From contig CAVULX010000003.1 of NCBI GenBank assembly GCA_963742415.1, positions 224,001 through 288,000 of the forward strand: a DNA stretch of 64,000 nt, read 5' to 3'. The position numbers were made by a program, and so were the translations under genes. The stretch's first letter is position 1, and every line of letters begins with the position of its first letter. The notes under the pieces were generated by a model. The model saw nothing but the letters and a program-made list of their open reading frames with translations. It did not search any database and was not told the DNA's origin. This DNA comes from an uncultured Parachlamydiaceae bacterium. Its GTDB lineage: Bacteria; Chlamydiota; Chlamydiia; Chlamydiales; Parachlamydiaceae. Below, in pieces: positions 38,508 through 47,230 of this stretch.

Positions 38508-40178
38508 ATGAGTGAAACTATAATTCAAAGAATTATAAATGCTGGCAGTAATGTAGTAAATACTGGCAGTACCTTTATAAATGCTGGATACCAGGTAAAA
38601 AACGCTTATACGAAGACCTGCAATTTTGCTAGCAGTGCAAAAGAGCGCTATGAACAGATGCCCCTTTGGCAAAAAGTTGGGCTTTATGCCGGCTTGGTTT
38701 TAGCCGGTGGAGCAGTAGCCGGTGCCAGCACTGTTCTGGTAAGCGGGTACTATATTTTTTCTAGCCTTTCTTTAGTAGAACAAACATTGACGATAGGAGG
38801 GCTTGCTGCAGCCGCACTTACTGCTCATGAAGGGACTAAATCGGTAGCGAATCGTTTTAGTGCCACTACGTTTAAAGATTATCCTCTCCCTTTGAAAATA
38901 TGTTCAGCTGTGGCTCTTTCAGCACTGGGATTGGTAGGCGCTTTGGTCGTTGTAAAAGCTGGATTAATTTCAGCTTCTGTCATTACTCCCGCTCTGCCCT
39001 TTATTTCATTAGCCCTTTTTATTGGAAAATTTATTCCTTCCCTGATTCCAGGAATTGGCAGCCTTTTTGAAGGTGCAAAAAATGCAGCTTCTCAAATGTT
39101 CTCTTCAAACGGGGAAAATAGAAACAATGTAGAGGCTTCTTCTTCTCCTTCGACTGCAAATGATACAAATGACCAGAATACACAATCTGCTGAAGCTAAA
39201 GAAGTTGACGACATGGTAAATGAGCTTAATGCGCAAAACGAAGCTGAACAAATGGCAAATGAGTTTCTTGAGCAACAAAACAACGAATCCGAAGTTTATA
39301 CTGGTCAAGCCAATACCGAAGTTAATGGCTGGATGAAAGAATTTGAGCAATTCGGCGGAGATCCCTCTGAAGGCGATCTCATGGCAGAAGAAAACGGAAA
39401 TTTCGCACCTGAAGTTAAAGACATCGTACCGCAACAGAACGAAGTTGAAGTAAAAGAACATCTTGAAGACGAAATTGAAGATCGAGAAAGAGACTTAGAA
39501 TCTGGTAGCAATACGACAACTACAACTTCATCTGAAGATCTGGTAAAAGGTTATGGCAAAGAAGCAGATGGGGAAACAGATGATGTAGTTGAGCTGCAAA
39601 ATATTGTTCTTCCTGAAGAAGTGGAAGAATTGGTGAATGATTTCACTAAAGAAGTAGACAATCCTTTAGATAATCGTTTGGATGATGTTTTAGCTAATGC
39701 TTTAGAGGAAATGGATAATGCCCCTACTGCTACAACAATTCAAATACCAAATCCCGAGAACAAATCGCCTGAACAGATTTGGTCCGAAGCGACTAAAAAA
39801 TACTTCTCTGAAGCCCTTCATCAAGCTTATGATGAGGTGTCTAACAAAGAGGTAGATGATCTTGGTGATCTAGTGTCTAAAGTGCCAACACTAGAGAGCA
39901 AAGAAATGCTTGAAGAGATTTGGAATAACGTGACTAAAAAATGCTTCCCTGAAACTCTTAATCAAACTTATGAAGAAATAACAGAATCAGTTGCTAATAA
40001 TATTGGCGAAATCGGAACAAAAGTTCTAGATGCAGCAACTGCAAAAGCTTTTGAGTCTGTATGGGAAGAAGTTGAGAAGAATGCATCAGAACAAGCAGCA
40101 AAAATGATTGGCGAATTCGTTAAAATCCTGGCCTCTAAAGCTATAGATCCCAATGTAATAGCAAGTTTGATTGGGTAA
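38508..40178 (+). CDS. Inc-like membrane protein: two long hydrophobic hairpins then a ~360-aa acidic tail with tandem repeats
   Basis: Hydrophobic stretches at about residues 53-106 and 127-187; E/D-rich tail; two ~47-aa repeats (EQIWSEATKKYFSEAL.QAYDEV / EEIWNNVTKKCFPETL.QTYEEI). Confidence 0.7.
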   Translation: MSETIIQRIINAGSNVVNTGSTFINAGYQVKNAYTKTCNFASSAKERYEQMPLWQKVGLYAGLVLAGGAVAGASTVLVSGYYIFSSLSLVEQTLTIGGLAAAALTAHEGTKSVANRFSATTFKDYPLPLKICSAVALSALGLVGALVVVKAGLISASVITPALPFISLALFIGKFIPSLIPGIGSLFEGAKNAASQMFSSNGENRNNVEASSSPSTANDTNDQNTQSAEAKEVDDMVNELNAQNEAEQMANEFLEQQNNESEVYTGQANTEVNGWMKEFEQFGGDPSEGDLMAEENGNFAPEVKDIVPQQNEVEVKEHLEDEIEDRERDLESGSNTTTTTSSEDLVKGYGKEADGETDDVVELQNIVLPEEVEELVNDFTKEVDNPLDNRLDDVLANALEEMDNAPTATTIQIPNPENKSPEQIWSEATKKYFSEALHQAYDEVSNKEVDDLGDLVSKVPTLESKEMLEEIWNNVTKKCFPETLNQTYEEITESVANNIGEIGTKVLDAATAKAFESVWEEVEKNASEQAAKMIGEFVKILASKAIDPNVIASLIG

Positions 40179-40184
40179 ATTTAA

Positions 40185-40209
40185 GAGGGATGCGTTCCGC
40201 ATCCCTCTC
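40185..40209. terminator. Hairpin between convergent genes (probable bidirectional terminator)
   Basis: AGAGGGATGCG-TTC-CGCATCCCTCT perfect 11-bp stem. Confidence 0.7.
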
Positions 40210-40213
40210 CATT

Positions 40214-40336
40214 CTAGAATGGTTTTTTACGTTCAATTAGGATGGATGATTCTTCAGGTTTCACTTGCATCAGTTCAGCTTTTCTTCTGAACTTGAACTG
40301 CTGCTTTTTTTTCGCTTTATTGCTTTTTCTAGCCAT
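40214..40336 (-). CDS. Unannotated 40-aa basic small protein MARKSNKAKKKQQFKFRRKAELMQVKPEESSILIERKKPF
   Basis: ATG at 40336 preceded by GGAGGA at 7 nt; TAG stop abuts the hairpin; upstream TTGCAA-16-TAACAT promoter (40481-40454). Confidence 0.65.
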   Translation of the reverse strand: MARKSNKAKKKQQFKFRRKAELMQVKPEESSILIERKKPF

Positions 40337-40594
40337 CGGAAAATCCTCCGATTTTAAACGTTTTAGCATAGAAATGCAAAGCCTTAAGGCTCTTAGATTT
40401 CTAGCTTGAAGAAGCTGAAATTGCCTCGAAGCAAACTCGGCTCTTCTTTCCTTATGTTAACAACTTAACATTTTTTTGCAAACCCCCTAACCCGCAGAGA
40501 ATCTGGTCTTCAGTTACGAACAAAATTTGGTATAGGTAAAAATATTCTTATGCTAGTCTGACCTGTCAACGAAAAAGCTATAGGTGAGGATATC

Positions 40595-41575
40595 ATGCCA
40601 AAAATGTTCGTGGTTTTGATTGCACTGCTGTTGATTGTTTTAAAACCGTCATTAAATGCCTTCGAAAAAGTGATCATTTGGGGACATAAGCTTCACTCCA
40701 GCACCCATTCCTATATCCATGATGGTTTTTATAAAGGATTTAAGTTTCTTGAGTATGATACTTATTGGTTTGACAACTCGGATAATGTCAAAAATTTCGA
40801 CTTTTCTAATTGTTTATTTATAACCGAAGGGCAAGTCGATGACAAAATCCCATTGAGGAAGGATGCTGTTTATTTGGTTCACAATGTGAACAGAAATAAA
40901 TATGATTCTTATGAAAATATAGCCTTTCAAGTTTACACTGATGACGTTCTTTCCAGAACTTTTTGTGTGAAGGTGGAACCCTTTATCTACTACGATTTTC
41001 AAAACAAAATCGTCTATATGCCTTGGGCTACTGACCTTTTGCCTTCTGAAATTGAGAGGATCAAAAGCAAGCTTTCACGGATAAAAAAAACAAAAAATAT
41101 TTACTGGATTGGAACTATAGGGGAAGGGGTATTTGGCAATAAACCTCAAATAACCCCTTTTATGAATGCTTGCCAAGAGCGCGGTTATACGTTCATCGCA
41201 AGAAATCCATGCGGTACAGGAGTTTCTAAAAAGGAGCATATCAAGTTGATTAAGACCTCTTACATGGCCCCTACTATCGTAGGTGAATGGCAAAAAAAAG
41301 TCGGGTATATTCCCTGCCGAATCTTTAAAAATATTAGTTATGGGCAAATGGGAATTACCAATTCAAGACATGTTTACGAACTCTTCGAAGAGAAAATTGT
41401 TTATAATCCAGATGAATATCAACTCTTCTTAGATGCTCAAAAAAGGCTCAATTCCCTTACTTTAAGTGAAATCGAAGAATTGATGGACATGGTTAAAACC
41501 AAACACACCTACATTAACCGTATTCACACTCTTCTCAACTTTTTGGATCAATTGCGAGCGCTTAATCCCAAATAA
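40595..41575 (+). CDS. Signal-peptide-bearing glycosyltransferase-like protein
   Basis: Hydrophobic leader ending LNA; C-terminal PCRIFKNISYG...KHTYINRI resembles GT-B/CgeB-like C-termini. Confidence 0.55.
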   Translation: MPKMFVVLIALLLIVLKPSLNAFEKVIIWGHKLHSSTHSYIHDGFYKGFKFLEYDTYWFDNSDNVKNFDFSNCLFITEGQVDDKIPLRKDAVYLVHNVNRNKYDSYENIAFQVYTDDVLSRTFCVKVEPFIYYDFQNKIVYMPWATDLLPSEIERIKSKLSRIKKTKNIYWIGTIGEGVFGNKPQITPFMNACQERGYTFIARNPCGTGVSKKEHIKLIKTSYMAPTIVGEWQKKVGYIPCRIFKNISYGQMGITNSRHVYELFEEKIVYNPDEYQLFLDAQKRLNSLTLSEIEELMDMVKTKHTYINRIHTLLNFLDQLRALNPK

Positions 41576-41590
41576 CCAAGGTCTACCAGT

Positions 41591-41618
41591 TTTTTGGAGT
41601 GCCGCGGCTTGACGTCGC
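41591..41618 (+). repeat. REP-like repeat, left of the TA module
   Basis: TTTTTGGAGTGCCGCGGCTTGACGTCGC; 23/28 identical to the reverse complement of 42371-42398. Confidence 0.65.
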
Positions 41619-41670
41619 TTTGTTAGGCATCGGCTTGACGATGCCTTTGCCTTAGAGCTATGATATCCTA

Positions 41671-41699
41671 TTGACAACTGTTCGCAAATTTGGTAACAT
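41671..41699 (+). promoter_or_regulatory. sigma66 promoter of the TA operon with an overlapping imperfect palindrome
   Basis: TTGACA-17 bp-TAACAT with extended TG; GTTcgcAAATTTggtAAC spans the spacer and -10. Confidence 0.65.
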
Positions 41700-41715
41700 G
41701 ATATAAAGAGGTTAT

Positions 41716-42001
41716 GTGGCTCAGACAAAAGTCGTTTTTTATAAAGAGAAAAATGGAACGGTTCCTGTATTGAAGTGGCTGAATACTATTCCAGAAAAAG
41801 CAAGTGAGGGCAAGTTTGCAAGGGATTCATTATCGCATTCTTTATTTTTTTCACGGCAATATGGCCGCAGTTTTGTCTCATGGAATCATTAAAGAAGATA
41901 GTGTTCCATCTATAGAAATCACCCGAGCGATAGAACGAAGAAATAATTTCGAGAAGAATCCAAAAGTACATACTTTTGAAGAGGAGGATGAAAATGGCTA
42001 A
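41716..42001 (+). pseudogene. RelE/ParE-superfamily (Gp49/HigB-like) toxin, internally deleted and frameshifted
   Basis: GTG start with GAGG RBS gives MAQTKVVFYKEKNGTVPVLKWLNTIPEKA. A second frame gives RASLQGIHYRILYFFHG...AVLSHGIIKE. The central helix and GIYELR segment are absent. Confidence 0.7.
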
Positions 42002-42338
42002 ATCAAAAAATAAAATAACCGATGATGCAGTTAAAATCTTGCATCGCCGTTTTGTTGACGGAAACCCAGAGAAAATGGTCGAACTCGAAAAAATTCGTGC
42101 CGATGATGCTGTTGCAAGAAAAATCTATGATCTACGCACGAAAGCAGGGCTTTCTCAGAGGGAACTTGCTAAATTAGTTGGCACTACCGCATCTGTTATC
42201 TGCCGTTTGGAGGATGCTGATTACGAGGGCCATTCAATGGCTATGCTTAACCGCATTGCTGCGGCACTAAACAAGCGGGTAGAAATTCGGTTTGTGCCTA
42301 TTAGAGAAAACCATCACTCAAAGCCTACTTTCGCATAA
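41994..42338 (+). CDS. XRE-family HTH antitoxin (HigA-like)
   Basis: LRTKAGLSQRELAKLVGTTASVICRLE HTH; overlaps the toxin stop; GAGGAGG RBS before the ATG at 41994. Confidence 0.85.
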   Translation: MAKSKNKITDDAVKILHRRFVDGNPEKMVELEKIRADDAVARKIYDLRTKAGLSQRELAKLVGTTASVICRLEDADYEGHSMAMLNRIAAALNKRVEIRFVPIRENHHSKPTFA

Positions 42339-42370
42339 TAACCTGAACTTTGGGTTTTTCTGCCCTTTGG

Positions 42371-42398
42371 GCTGCGTCAAGCTGCCGCAATCCAAAAA
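42371..42398 (-). repeat. REP-like repeat, right of the TA module (inverted)
   Basis: Reverse complement TTTTTGGATTGCGGCAGCTTGACGCAGC matches 41591-41618. Confidence 0.65.
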
Positions 42399-42443
42399 GC
42401 TAACAGGTACGAAGGTCTGCTTTGGCTCTCTGGTATAAAAACA

Positions 42444-42929
42444 TTATTTTCTTGCAGTTTGAATATGGATCCCAATATCGGAAAATTGGGGTTTAGCTAA
42501 TCTTATATAATCTTTAAGTTTTATTTTAATCATGTCTGTATGGGTGCCCGCATTGAAAACAATTTCCTCATCCTCTTCCAGTATTTTATCTGCAAAAACT
42601 TTTAAACCATATAAGTGCCCAAAGGGGGGTTCTGCACCCACTTCGTAGTCTGGAAATAATTTGGTGAGATCATCTTCGGTCGCCATTTCCAGATTTTTTT
42701 TGCCTGTCGCCGCCTTGAGCTTATCCATATCCAGATAATGGATAGCAGGCAATACGCACATAATAAACGAACCGTTCGATTTTACGATCACTGATTTGAT
42801 CACTTGCCTTCCAGGAATATGTTGCGAGCCTGCAATTTCCATCGCTGTGTAAGCCAACGAGTGCTCCAATACTTGATAAGATACTTTTTCTTTTTCAAGA
42901 TAATTTTTGATTTTCGGAGAAATGCCCAT
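42444..42929 (-). CDS. YbaK/EbsC aminoacyl-tRNA editing domain protein
   Basis: KSVIVK, VLPA, GAEPPFG, FNAGTH motifs. Confidence 0.88.
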   Translation of the reverse strand: MGISPKIKNYLEKEKVSYQVLEHSLAYTAMEIAGSQHIPGRQVIKSVIVKSNGSFIMCVLPAIHYLDMDKLKAATGKKNLEMATEDDLTKLFPDYEVGAEPPFGHLYGLKVFADKILEEDEEIVFNAGTHTDMIKIKLKDYIRLAKPQFSDIGIHIQTARK

Positions 42930-43001
42930 AAACCTCCTTAAGGTGGGTGAATCAAAGAAAAGCCTCTCTTTATCCTAAAACCAAAATAAAATTTTGTCAA
43001 A

Positions 43002-43541
43002 CTACCGCCTATAGAGATAAATTTTGGTCCGATAAAGATCTTTAACCTCTTGAATTTGAATAGGCTTCCATCCAGGAATGGCAAAAGTGTTGCTCACAAT
43101 CAGAGTGCCAGGCTGCAATTCTTTTTCAAATTTTTCCTTTAGCTTTTCCATAGCTCCCGGATACAGAAAGCAAACAATCAAATGGGCTCCCTTGAGATCT
43201 ACTTGAAAAAAATCTTGTCGTTTAAGCGCTAAATTCCTCTTTGGAAAGGCAAGCAAAAAACCGTAGGAAATCCAATAGGGGATTAACGATGTTTCATAAC
43301 CGATTACATGAGTTTCGGGATAACGAACAGCCAAAGGGAAAACTAATGTTCCCCATCCCGATCCAAGTTCATACACATCCCCCTCCACCTTTTCTGGCAA
43401 CAGTTCAAATAGCCCCTTTTTTACTTTTAGAGAGGTTGGCATTGGACTGATCCCATTCCGTATCGACCAGTACACGATCGACCAAAGAATAAAAAAAATG
43501 AGCAAAATAAAAATAAAGGAGATCGCAAGAGAAAGACTCAT
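43002..43541 (-). CDS. Membrane-anchored class I SAM-dependent methyltransferase
   Basis: N-terminal TM, GISPMPT, YELGSGWG motif I, CFLYP, SNTFAIPGW. Confidence 0.8.
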   Translation of the reverse strand: MSLSLAISFIFILLIFFILWSIVYWSIRNGISPMPTSLKVKKGLFELLPEKVEGDVYELGSGWGTLVFPLAVRYPETHVIGYETSLIPYWISYGFLLAFPKRNLALKRQDFFQVDLKGAHLIVCFLYPGAMEKLKEKFEKELQPGTLIVSNTFAIPGWKPIQIQEVKDLYRTKIYLYRR

Positions 43542-43630
43542 ATGCTATCTTGATTTCTAGGTTTTAATTTGAGACTCTGACTTATTATTATTTTATACAA
43601 AAATGGATTCTTATCTAAAGGAATCTGCTT

Positions 43631-44659
43631 ATGTCATTTCTGGATGTTCACAGTGAACCTATCGTCAAAGCCATCCACGAACTAATTTCAAGTTGCGGAG
43701 GTGATCCCGCAACCTTCGATAGCGAGTTGGTCATGCAGCTCATCCAAAACAGCCTCCGCCTTTTAACAGAAGGGCATGACACAGGACAGCTCAAATTAAT
43801 TACACGAGCTATGAAAGAGATGCGATACGCTTACCGAATTTTTAATAAGTATAGCGACACAAGGCGCGTCAGTGTTTTTGGTTCAGCTAGGACTCCTGAG
43901 CATCATCCCGATTACCTCGCAGCCAAAGATTTTAGCGTAAAAATGGTGAATGCGGGTTGGGTATGCATCACAGGAGCAGCCAATGGGATTATGAAGGCGG
44001 GCTTAGAGGGGCACAGTGAAGAATCGGGATTTGGCTTATCTATCAAACTCCCGTTTGAAATTCCAACAAATCCTTTCATCGAGGGAGATCCTAAACATAT
44101 TACTTTCCGTTATTTTTTTACGAGAAAGCTGATGTTTCTGAGCCATTCCGATGCAGTGGCCGCTTTTCCTGGAGGTTTTGGGACCATGGATGAACTGTTT
44201 GAAGTTTTGACTCTTCTCCAAACAGGCAAAGCCAACATTATTCCTTTAGTTTTAATGGAGGGAGCTCAAGGACAATACTGGGAAAATTGGCAGCACTTTG
44301 TCACTCAACAGTTTTTGGATAAAGGATGGATAAGTTCTGATGATTTTAACTTGTTTTATTTAGCCTCTTCCCCTCAAGATGCTGTGGATCACATCTATAA
44401 GTTTTATCACCGGTTCCACTCTTATAGATACGTTAAAGATGATTTAATTATCAGGTTGAAAAAACCGATAAACCCTGAATTTCTCGAACTTTTGAATGAA
44501 AAATATGCCATTTTAGTTGAATCGGGAAAAATTTATATCTCACAACCTTACCCTGAAGAAACTAACCATCTAGATTTGCCCCGGCTGGCATTTCATCATA
44601 CCAGAAAAGACTTTGGAGCTTTGCGGGCATTAATCGACGATATTAACGAACTGCCCTAA
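43631..44659 (+). CDS. LOG family (Rossmann-fold) nucleotide phosphoribohydrolase
   Basis: SVFGSART, YFFTRK, FPGGFGTMDE. Confidence 0.88.
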   Translation: MSFLDVHSEPIVKAIHELISSCGGDPATFDSELVMQLIQNSLRLLTEGHDTGQLKLITRAMKEMRYAYRIFNKYSDTRRVSVFGSARTPEHHPDYLAAKDFSVKMVNAGWVCITGAANGIMKAGLEGHSEESGFGLSIKLPFEIPTNPFIEGDPKHITFRYFFTRKLMFLSHSDAVAAFPGGFGTMDELFEVLTLLQTGKANIIPLVLMEGAQGQYWENWQHFVTQQFLDKGWISSDDFNLFYLASSPQDAVDHIYKFYHRFHSYRYVKDDLIIRLKKPINPEFLELLNEKYAILVESGKIYISQPYPEETNHLDLPRLAFHHTRKDFGALRALIDDINELP

Positions 44660-44677
44660 TCTTCAACTTAATAGTTC

Positions 44678-44930
44678 ACCACTGAACCGGTGAGATCACA
44701 GACATATTTTGAGATCAATGTGAAGATTACAGGATAAGCATGATCGTAAACGGCAGGATGAGCAGGATAAAAGAAAAAACGATTTTTTTGAACAGTCTTA
44801 ACTTAATCATGTCCGCATGTTCTTACTTTTTATTCAATATCTTGCTTATCCTGCCGTTTACGATCCTGCTTATCCTATTCCTTCTCGAGCCTAGTTACTT
44901 AGGAGCCATTGAGATCACTGGCTCAGTGTT
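44678..44930. mobile_element. Nested palindromic element: same outer arm as 14.0 kb, different inner element
   Basis: ACCACTGAACCGGTGAGATCACAGA...TTTTGAGATCAATG on the left and GATCACTGGCTCAGTG on the right; inner inverted pair 44731-44769 / 44838-44876. Confidence 0.7.
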
Positions 44931-45118
44931 AACCTATGCAAAAGTAAGGTCTTGCGGAACTTTAACAAAAATTGGTAAAATAGCGGGTAATTTTCACTAA
45001 TTCTATTTATACATATTAGTTTTCTTGCAATAAATCACAAGGATTGCTATTTCATGTCTACCCAGATTGAAAAAAGAAACTCTGTTTTTCAGCTTCGATT
45101 TTGATTAGGTCACGAGTT

Positions 45119-45631
45119 ATGAAATGCCCCTACTGCTACCACATAGACCATAAAGTTACTGACTCAAGAGATGCCGCCGAAGGGAATGCCATACGAAGGC
45201 GAAGAGAATGTTTAAATTGCTTGCGACGGTTTACAACTTTTGAGACAATTGAATTGACATTTCAAGTGCATAAACGGGATGGGCGTTACGAAGATTTTCA
45301 GCAGCAAAAGTTAATTAACGGCTTAGATGCTGCTTGCAGACATACAACGGTGAGCCATGACCAAGTGAACGTATTGGCAGCCGAAATTACCGGCGAACTG
45401 ATGCAGAGGCAATCGCGGGAGATAAGTACGACAGAATTGGGTGAAATGGCCATGAAACAACTGCAAGCCCTTGATCCGATTGCTTATATCCGTTTTGCTT
45501 GCGTTTACCGTAGGTTTAAAAATGTGGAAGAATTAATGGATGCTATTCAATCCATTCAATCTAAAGATGATGCTAAACAAAAACAAAAAGTGAAATATGA
45601 GGAGGAATTTGATGGCGCTGAAAAAAAGTGA
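45119..45631 (+). CDS. nrdR: Transcriptional repressor NrdR
   Basis: MKCPYC, DSR, IRRRREC..C..RFTTFE, AYIRFACVYRRF. Confidence 0.96.
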   Translation: MKCPYCYHIDHKVTDSRDAAEGNAIRRRRECLNCLRRFTTFETIELTFQVHKRDGRYEDFQQQKLINGLDAACRHTTVSHDQVNVLAAEITGELMQRQSREISTTELGEMAMKQLQALDPIAYIRFACVYRRFKNVEELMDAIQSIQSKDDAKQKQKVKYEEEFDGAEKK

Positions 45632-45977
45632 CGTAGCTAAATTTGAAAAACGTTTGGAGGAGATGCGCGCCCAGCTCACCGAATCGTTAAAGGGATCCAC
45701 AGCAGAAGTTAAGACTCCTGATGAAGCCACCGGTTATTCGCAACACCAGGCCGATCAGGGAACCGATGACTTTGATAGAACGATTAGTTTAGAGGTCACC
45801 ACTCGGGAATATAGTCTTCTCAGGCAAATCGACCGTGCTCTAGAGAAAATTAAAGAAGGGACTTACGGATTTTGCGATATTACTAACGAAGAAATTCCCT
45901 TAGCCCGTTTAGAAGCCGTCCCCTATGCAACAATGACTGTAAAAGCGCAAGAGAAGCTAGAAAAAGGGCTCCTTTGA
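45612..45977 (+). CDS. dksA: DksA/TraR family protein (chlamydial type, single Cys)
   Basis: GGAGGA RBS; HQADQGTD tip; IDRALEKI.EGTYG.CDIT.EEIPLARLEAVPYA. Confidence 0.92.
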   Translation: MALKKSDVAKFEKRLEEMRAQLTESLKGSTAEVKTPDEATGYSQHQADQGTDDFDRTISLEVTTREYSLLRQIDRALEKIKEGTYGFCDITNEEIPLARLEAVPYATMTVKAQEKLEKGLL

Positions 45978-46522
45978 CAATCTCATCGTTTTCATCCCAA
46001 CGTTTTGCTCGTAGTAGGCTTGGAAATCCTTGGCTTGCTGCATTCCTAGGTGTGTTGATCTTTCTTGCAGATATTCTGAGCAAATATTGCACGCAGCTTT
46101 ATCTTCCCAGCTACTTTGGGTTTATTGAATACCCCTATGGCGGCATTGCCATTTTTAAAAATTTTTTAGGCATTGAATTTTCCCTTGTCCACGCCACAAA
46201 TCGGGGAGCTGCCTGGGGGCTGTTAGCTGAGTACCAAAATTACCTTTTAGTTCTACGCTGCGGGCTTGTTTTAGGACTTGGTGCTTATTTGTGTTTGTCT
46301 ACAAAGCACCCCGAGTGGCGCATCCCATTGACTTTAATCTTAGCGGGCGCCATTGGCAATATTGCCGATTATTTTCTCTATGGCCATGTGATCGACATGT
46401 TTCATTTTATTTTATGGGGGTATGATTACCCTGTCTTCAACATCGCCGACTCCGCCATTTTTATTGGTATTTGCTGGCTTTTCCTGTGTTCAATTTTTGA
46501 TTCCTCACAAGCAAAACAATGA
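45974..46522 (+). CDS. lspA: Lipoprotein signal peptidase II
   Basis: NRGAAWG, GAIGNIAD, VIDM, VFNIADSAI. Confidence 0.93.
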   Translation: MTISSFSSQRFARSRLGNPWLAAFLGVLIFLADILSKYCTQLYLPSYFGFIEYPYGGIAIFKNFLGIEFSLVHATNRGAAWGLLAEYQNYLLVLRCGLVLGLGAYLCLSTKHPEWRIPLTLILAGAIGNIADYFLYGHVIDMFHFILWGYDYPVFNIADSAIFIGICWLFLCSIFDSSQAKQ

Positions 46523-47217
46523 ACATCCGGATCGCATCTTCTCAAGAACTGCCAATAGAAGTTTCAAAATGGCTTCAGATTCAAGCCTTGCTGGACACTC
46601 CGGAATTGCAGAACCTTTTCCATTTTCTCGGTTCCTTTGAAATTTATCTGACAGGAACCATCACCCCTCAAGGGGAAGGCCTTGTGAGCCATTCTAAATT
46701 TCTTGAGGTCTATAACACATATGTGGAAAACCTTAAGCAAGGGAAACAATTAGAAACTGCCGAAGTTAAACAAATGTTTTCCGCCATTTTCACCGTTTCC
46801 TCCGATCTGTTATACGCTCTTCCTATTGCCGCGGGCAAACAATTGATTAGGGTCTCACGTCCTGTCATCCAATTACAACCCCATTCCTTAGGATATTCTT
46901 CTCATGACCGCAAATTCAGACCTATGGTCCACGGCACCGAAAGCCTCTCATGGGGCCTCCAATTTTCTTACCCGCAACTGTACATGGATCCTTCAACCAA
47001 AGAGATCCTACCCATCAAAGACAATGATTTCTTCCCCAATACCAAACTGTTTCGTCAACTGCAACGTTGGATCCGCAATCACACAATTCCCACCCCCTTT
47101 ATCGTCGATGAAAAAATTGTCAACGTCCCGATCCGTATTGGAAAACAATGCCTTCCCTGGATTAATGAGCACCCACTTTTGAAAAGCAAAAAATTGAGAG
47201 TAAAAACTGATTTTTAA
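46519..47217 (+). CDS. Conserved hypothetical protein
   Basis: 232-aa ORF translationally coupled to lspA (ATGA overlap); no recognised motif. Confidence 0.7.
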   Translation: MNIRIASSQELPIEVSKWLQIQALLDTPELQNLFHFLGSFEIYLTGTITPQGEGLVSHSKFLEVYNTYVENLKQGKQLETAEVKQMFSAIFTVSSDLLYALPIAAGKQLIRVSRPVIQLQPHSLGYSSHDRKFRPMVHGTESLSWGLQFSYPQLYMDPSTKEILPIKDNDFFPNTKLFRQLQRWIRNHTIPTPFIVDEKIVNVPIRIGKQCLPWINEHPLLKSKKLRVKTDF

Positions 47218-47230
47218 GGTTAACAATTCG

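Noticed and set aside
44740-45000. 86-aa hydrophobic ORF
   Set aside because: It spans the palindromic element and has no clear RBS; the apparent TM comes from the CTTATCCTG iterations.
45612-45977. DksA lacking the four-Cys zinc finger as a novelty
   Set aside because: This is the known chlamydial form; it was used only as a taxonomic clue.
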